Of a stretch of 64,000 bases of DNA, positions 60,167-64,000 are shown piece after piece. The notes beneath the pieces were generated by a model. That model saw only the letters and a list, made by a program, of their open reading frames with translations, was not told where the DNA came from and ran no database searches. The position numbers were made by a program, and so were the translations under genes. Source of the stretch: an uncultured Methylomirabilota bacterium (lineage in GTDB: Bacteria > Methylomirabilota > Methylomirabilia > Methylomirabilales > 2-02-FULL-66-22); the NCBI GenBank assembly GCA_963845565.1, contig CAWJSJ010000002.1:1920001-1984000 (forward strand), written 5' to 3'. Every line of letters begins with the position of its first letter. The first letter of the stretch is position 1.

Positions 60167-61372
60167 ATGATACCTCTCGACGATTTGAAGGCCTTGGCGC
60201 GACCAGCGCAGACGAAGATCGTTCTGCTGGTGATGGACGGCTTGGGCGGCCTGCCCCGCGCGTTCGACGGCAAGACCGAGCTGGAAGCGGCGCAGACGCC
60301 GAACCTCGATGCCCTGGCGGCCCGGGCGACGCTGGGGCTGGCGGATCCGGTGGCGCCCGGCATCACGCCGGGGAGCGGGCCGGGGCACCTCGGGGTCTTC
60401 GGGTACGACCCGCTGCAGTACCGCATCGGCCGCGGCGTCCTGGAGGCCGTGGGGATCGACGTCCCCATGGGCGGCCAGGACCTGGCGGCCCGCGGGAACT
60501 TCTGCTCGGTGGACGGGCAGGGGCTGATCACCGACCGGCGGGCCGGCCGCATCCCGACGGAGACCTGCGCCAAGCTCTGCGCCATCCTGGAGACCATCCG
60601 GATCCCCGGCATCGAGCTGGTGGTGAAACCGGTGCGCGAGCATCGGTTCGTGGTGCTCTTCCGCGGCGAGGGGCTGGAGGAGGGACTCTCCGAGACCGAC
60701 CCGCAGGAGATCGGCAAGCCGCCGCTCCCGGTCCGGGCCGAGCTGCCCCACGCCGCGCGCGCGGCCGAGGTGGCCAACCAGTTCGCGGCGGAGGCGCGCA
60801 AGGCCCTGGCGAACGAGCATCCGGCCAACATGGTGCTCCTGCGCGGCTTCTCGCGCTATCCGAAGATCGCGAAGCTGACGGAGATCTACGGCGTGCGGGC
60901 GGGTGTCATCGCGGTCTATCCGATGTACCGCGGCCTGGCGCGGCTGGTGGGCATGGAGCCGATCCCGGTGGGCGACACGGTGGCCGACGAGTTCGCGGCA
61001 CTGGAGAAGCGCTTTGCCGACTTCGACTTCTTCTTCATGCACATCAAGAAGACCGACAGCTACGGGGAAGACGGGAGCTTCGACAAGAAGGTCCACGTGA
61101 TCGAGGAAGTGGATCGCGAGATCCCGCGACTCCTCGGGCTCAAGCCGGATGTCCTCATCGTCACGGGCGACCATTCCACGCCCGCGGTCTACAAGGCTCA
61201 TAGCTGGCACCCGGTGCCGGTCCTCCTCTGGTCGCAGTGGTGCCGACCGGACGGCGCCAAAGGGTTCTCGGAGCGAGAGTGCCGGTTCGGCGGTCTCGGA
61301 CACCTGCGCGCGGCCGAGTTGATGCCGATCGCCATGGGCTACGCCGAGCGGTTGACGAAGTTTGGCGCGTAG
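60167..61372 (+). CDS. apgM: 2,3-BPG-independent phosphoglycerate mutase (archaeal type)
   Basis: DGLGG, TPNLD, PGSGPGHL, KKTDSYGEDG, TGDHSTP, HSWHPVP. Confidence 0.93.
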   Translation: MIPLDDLKALARPAQTKIVLLVMDGLGGLPRAFDGKTELEAAQTPNLDALAARATLGLADPVAPGITPGSGPGHLGVFGYDPLQYRIGRGVLEAVGIDVPMGGQDLAARGNFCSVDGQGLITDRRAGRIPTETCAKLCAILETIRIPGIELVVKPVREHRFVVLFRGEGLEEGLSETDPQEIGKPPLPVRAELPHAARAAEVANQFAAEARKALANEHPANMVLLRGFSRYPKIAKLTEIYGVRAGVIAVYPMYRGLARLVGMEPIPVGDTVADEFAALEKRFADFDFFFMHIKKTDSYGEDGSFDKKVHVIEEVDREIPRLLGLKPDVLIVTGDHSTPAVYKAHSWHPVPVLLWSQWCRPDGAKGFSERECRFGGLGHLRAAELMPIAMGYAERLTKFGA

Positions 61373-61375
61373 TGC

Positions 61376-61505
61376 GGAGAGCTGAGAGCCTAGAGCCGCG
61401 AGCCGCGAGTCTAGTGCGGAGAGCCGAGAGCCGAGAGCCGAGATTGGGGAGTCAACTGGTCAACTGGTTCCTAATTGACCAATCGCCAAATTGACGAATT
61501 GACTC
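61376..61505. repeat. Heptamer (GAGAGCC) and octamer (GTCAACTG/TTGAC) short repeat patch
   Basis: GAGAGCC-type tandem runs followed by inverted octamer arms. Confidence 0.7.
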
Positions 61506-61527
61506 ATGAGGCGCCGAGGCGCGAACG

Positions 61528-62352
61528 ATGGGTAAGAATCTCAAGGGGCGGGTCGCGGTCATCACGGGGGCATCCAGCGGGATCGGTCAGGCCACCGCGG
61601 AGCGATTCGCCGCCGAGGGGATGCTGGTCGTCCTCGGCGCACGGCGCGTGGCGCGGCTCTCCGAGGTGGCCGACGGCATCCGGCGGATGGGCGGGACGGC
61701 GCGCGCGGTCGAGACCGATGTGCGGGAGCCGGACCAAGTGCGGCGGCTCGTGGAAGAGGCCGTCACGACCTTCGGCCGCGTGGATGTCCTGGTGAACAAC
61801 GCGGGGCTCGGATACTTCGGCCCCGTAGAAACCACGCCGCCTGACGAGGCTCGTCACCTGTTCGAGATCAACGTGATGGGGACTCTCCACGGGGTGCAAG
61901 CCGCGGTGCCCCACATGCGCCGACAGGGGAGCGGCCACATCATCAACATCTCCTCGATTGTGGGGAAGAGGGCCACGCCCGGGAACGGCGTCTATTCGGC
62001 CACCAAGTTCGCCCAGGTCGCCCTCTCGGAGGCCCTGCGGCTGGAGCTTGCGAGCGCCGGAATCCGGGTCAGCGTCGTCTGTCCGGTCTCCACCACCACC
62101 GAGTTCTTCGCGGTGGCCGGCGCCCGCTCGCCGCTGCAGTTCGCGGCGGCAGGCCCGATCTTTTCTCCGGCGCAGGTTGCCGACGCGATCACGCGATGCG
62201 TCCGCCGTCCCCGCGCCGAGGTGATGATCTATCGGCCGGCGCGCGCGCTGGTGATCCTGAATGCGGTGGCCCCCCGGCTGGCGGACCGCATCTTGGGCGC
62301 CGTGTGGCGCAAGGTTCGCCCCGGCCTGGAGACCGATAGCGCAAAACCGTGA
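61528..62352 (+). CDS. SDR family oxidoreductase
   Basis: TGASSGIG, NNAG, YSATK. Confidence 0.92.
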   Translation: MGKNLKGRVAVITGASSGIGQATAERFAAEGMLVVLGARRVARLSEVADGIRRMGGTARAVETDVREPDQVRRLVEEAVTTFGRVDVLVNNAGLGYFGPVETTPPDEARHLFEINVMGTLHGVQAAVPHMRRQGSGHIINISSIVGKRATPGNGVYSATKFAQVALSEALRLELASAGIRVSVVCPVSTTTEFFAVAGARSPLQFAAAGPIFSPAQVADAITRCVRRPRAEVMIYRPARALVILNAVAPRLADRILGAVWRKVRPGLETDSAKP

Positions 62353-62380
62353 CACGACCCCGAGGCAGTGCGGAGGAGCC

Positions 62381-62953
62381 ATGACCGTCGAGGAGAGTGC
62401 CAGTGTCTGGTCGTCCACGATCTTGGCGGGACTCTGGGGAGAGAACGTCGCCGTCCGCGTCGCGCTGACGAGCGAGGTGCGCGGCCTCAGCGAGGCGCAG
62501 CTCGGCTTCCGGGCGGCGCCGGGCCGCTGGTCCATCGGCGAGATCCTGGACCACCTGTGTCTGGCGGAACGGAGCATCACCCGCACGATCTCCCGCCTCT
62601 TGCAGCAAGCCGCGGGCCTGGGCCAGATCGGGCAACCCGGCACTCTGGACATCCCACCGCAGCTCATCGACCTCGAGGCCTACAATCGCGCGGCCTCGTC
62701 CCCCGAATCCGTGATGCCGTCGCCGGATCGCCCGTTGGAGCGCCTCCTGGTCGGTCTCGAGGAGAGTCGGGATCGGTTGCTGGACGTGACCCGGCGGGCG
62801 GATGGCCGGGTGGTCGGGAACGTCACGCTGCCGCACTTCCAGCTCGGCGACCTGAACTTCTACCAATGGCTGTCGGTCGAGGGGGCGCACGAGGCAAAGC
62901 ACCTGGCGCGGATCCGCCGGATCAAAGCCGATCCGGGGTTTCCAAAACAGTAG
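62381..62953 (+). CDS. DinB family protein
   Basis: WSIGEILDHL, HFQLG, HEAKHL. Confidence 0.85.
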   Translation: MTVEESASVWSSTILAGLWGENVAVRVALTSEVRGLSEAQLGFRAAPGRWSIGEILDHLCLAERSITRTISRLLQQAAGLGQIGQPGTLDIPPQLIDLEAYNRAASSPESVMPSPDRPLERLLVGLEESRDRLLDVTRRADGRVVGNVTLPHFQLGDLNFYQWLSVEGAHEAKHLARIRRIKADPGFPKQ

Positions 62954-62962
62954 ACGGTGACC

Positions 62963-63418
62963 ATGGCCCTTCGGGTCTCGGCGCTCTTGTTCCCCTCTCC
63001 GCCGCGCGCGCTCCCGTACAATCGCGGGATCAGCATCGGATTTCGTACCCTCCATCTGCTCGCGTCGAGCCTCCTCCTCGGGGGGCACGCCTTCGACGTG
63101 GCGCCGCAGCGCCTGGTTCCGCTGCTGGTCGTCACGGTCGGGAGCGGCCTGGGCCTCATTCTGCTGGAACTGTATCGGTCGTGCGATTGGGTGTACCAGG
63201 GGATGGGGGTGCTGGTGATCGCCAAGGCGGCGCTCACCGCGCTGGCGGGCCTCTGGTGGGATCAGCGGGTTCTCTTGTTGTCGCTGGTGGTCATCCTGGG
63301 GTCCGTCGGCTCGCACATGTCCGCCCGGTACCGGCACTACTCGTTTCGCCACGGCCGCGTGCTCGATTCCAAATCGCCCCCGACTCGCCCCTCCTCACCC
63401 CTCACCCCTCACCCTTGA
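62963..63418 (+). CDS. Hypothetical membrane protein
   Basis: Four hydrophobic segments, RTLHL and SHM..YRH motifs. Confidence 0.7.
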   Translation: MALRVSALLFPSPPRALPYNRGISIGFRTLHLLASSLLLGGHAFDVAPQRLVPLLVVTVGSGLGLILLELYRSCDWVYQGMGVLVIAKAALTALAGLWWDQRVLLLSLVVILGSVGSHMSARYRHYSFRHGRVLDSKSPPTRPSSPLTPHP

Positions 63419-63429
63419 CATCACGCGCC

Positions 63430-64000
63430 ATGCGAAGCCGCCGCTTCCACACCTGGGATGTGACTCCAGAGGAGGCCATTCGCCTTCAGCGGGAACTGGC
63501 CCCGCGCGTGGTGCGGCGGGATGTCGGATTGCGAACGCCGCGGCTGGTCGCGGGGATGGACGTCTCCTACGACAAGGGGTCCCCCTGGATCTACGCCGCG
63601 ATCGTCGTCCTTCGGCTGCCGGATCTGTCGGAGGTGGAAACGGCCAGCGTGCGAACCCGGGCCGAGTTTCCGTACGTTCCCGGTCTGCTGTCGTTCCGAG
63701 AGGCCCCGGCGGGGTTGGAGGCGTGGACACGGCTCGCGACGCGGCCCGATTGCCTGCTCTGCGACGGCCACGGCCATGCCCATCCCCGGCGGTTCGGCTT
63801 GGCCAGCCATTTCGGACTCTGGATCAACCGGCCGACCGTCGGCTGCGCCAAGAGCGTGCTGATCGGGGCCTATCGGGAGCCGGGGCAGCGGCGGGGGAGC
63901 CTCTCGGACCTCGTGCACGACGGCGAGGTGATCGGCGCGGCGGTCCGGACCCGCGAGGCAACGTCTCCCGTCTTCGTGTCCGCGGGACACCGGGTGAGCC
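63430..64000 (+). CDS. nfi: Endonuclease V (3'-partial)
   Basis: Hand translation WDVTPEEAIRLQ, AGMDVSY, FPYVPGLLSFRE, CDGHGHAHPRRFGLASH, GCAKS, VFVSAGHR. Confidence 0.93.
   Translation, partial: MRSRRFHTWDVTPEEAIRLQRELAPRVVRRDVGLRTPRLVAGMDVSYDKGSPWIYAAIVVLRLPDLSEVETASVRTRAEFPYVPGLLSFREAPAGLEAWTRLATRPDCLLCDGHGHAHPRRFGLASHFGLWINRPTVGCAKSVLIGAYREPGQRRGSLSDLVHDGEVIGAAVRTREATSPVFVSAGHRVS

Overview
GC-rich bacterial chromosomal window. Its small hypothetical proteins, ahbC, family-B polymerase, PEP-CTERM gene and sigma-54 systems suggest a Methylomirabilota/Rokubacteria-like organism (inference only). From ~12.5 kb to the end it is mostly housekeeping and signalling genes: SDRs, LOG, TrmO, CinA, PBP1A, PepN, AhbC, ExeA/GspB, PolB, TatA, Csp, TrxB, RimI, ApgM, Nfi and two sigma-54 two-component clusters. 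The accessory region (~1.6-12.2 kb) lies downstream of tRNA-Asp(GTC). It holds a decayed AbrB/PIN module, a RAYT/IS200-type HUH transposase bracketed by 24-bp terminal inverted repeats, DUF2726/NERD and PEP-CTERM genes, phage-like remnants, and a 181-bp direct repeat that duplicates the tRNA 3' end plus ~140 bp beyond it; no integrase is visible. Non-coding structure includes a ~105-bp double-hairpin MITE-like element (3 copies plus a collapsed remnant), a second double-hairpin repeat flanking an Xaa-Pro peptidase gene, an attC-like hairpin, 7/8-mer repeat patches at gene ends, and complete sigma-54 promoter architectures. Several otherwise intact genes carry single-base frameshifts, so some pseudogene calls may be sequencing errors. 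No CRISPR array or rRNA was seen.
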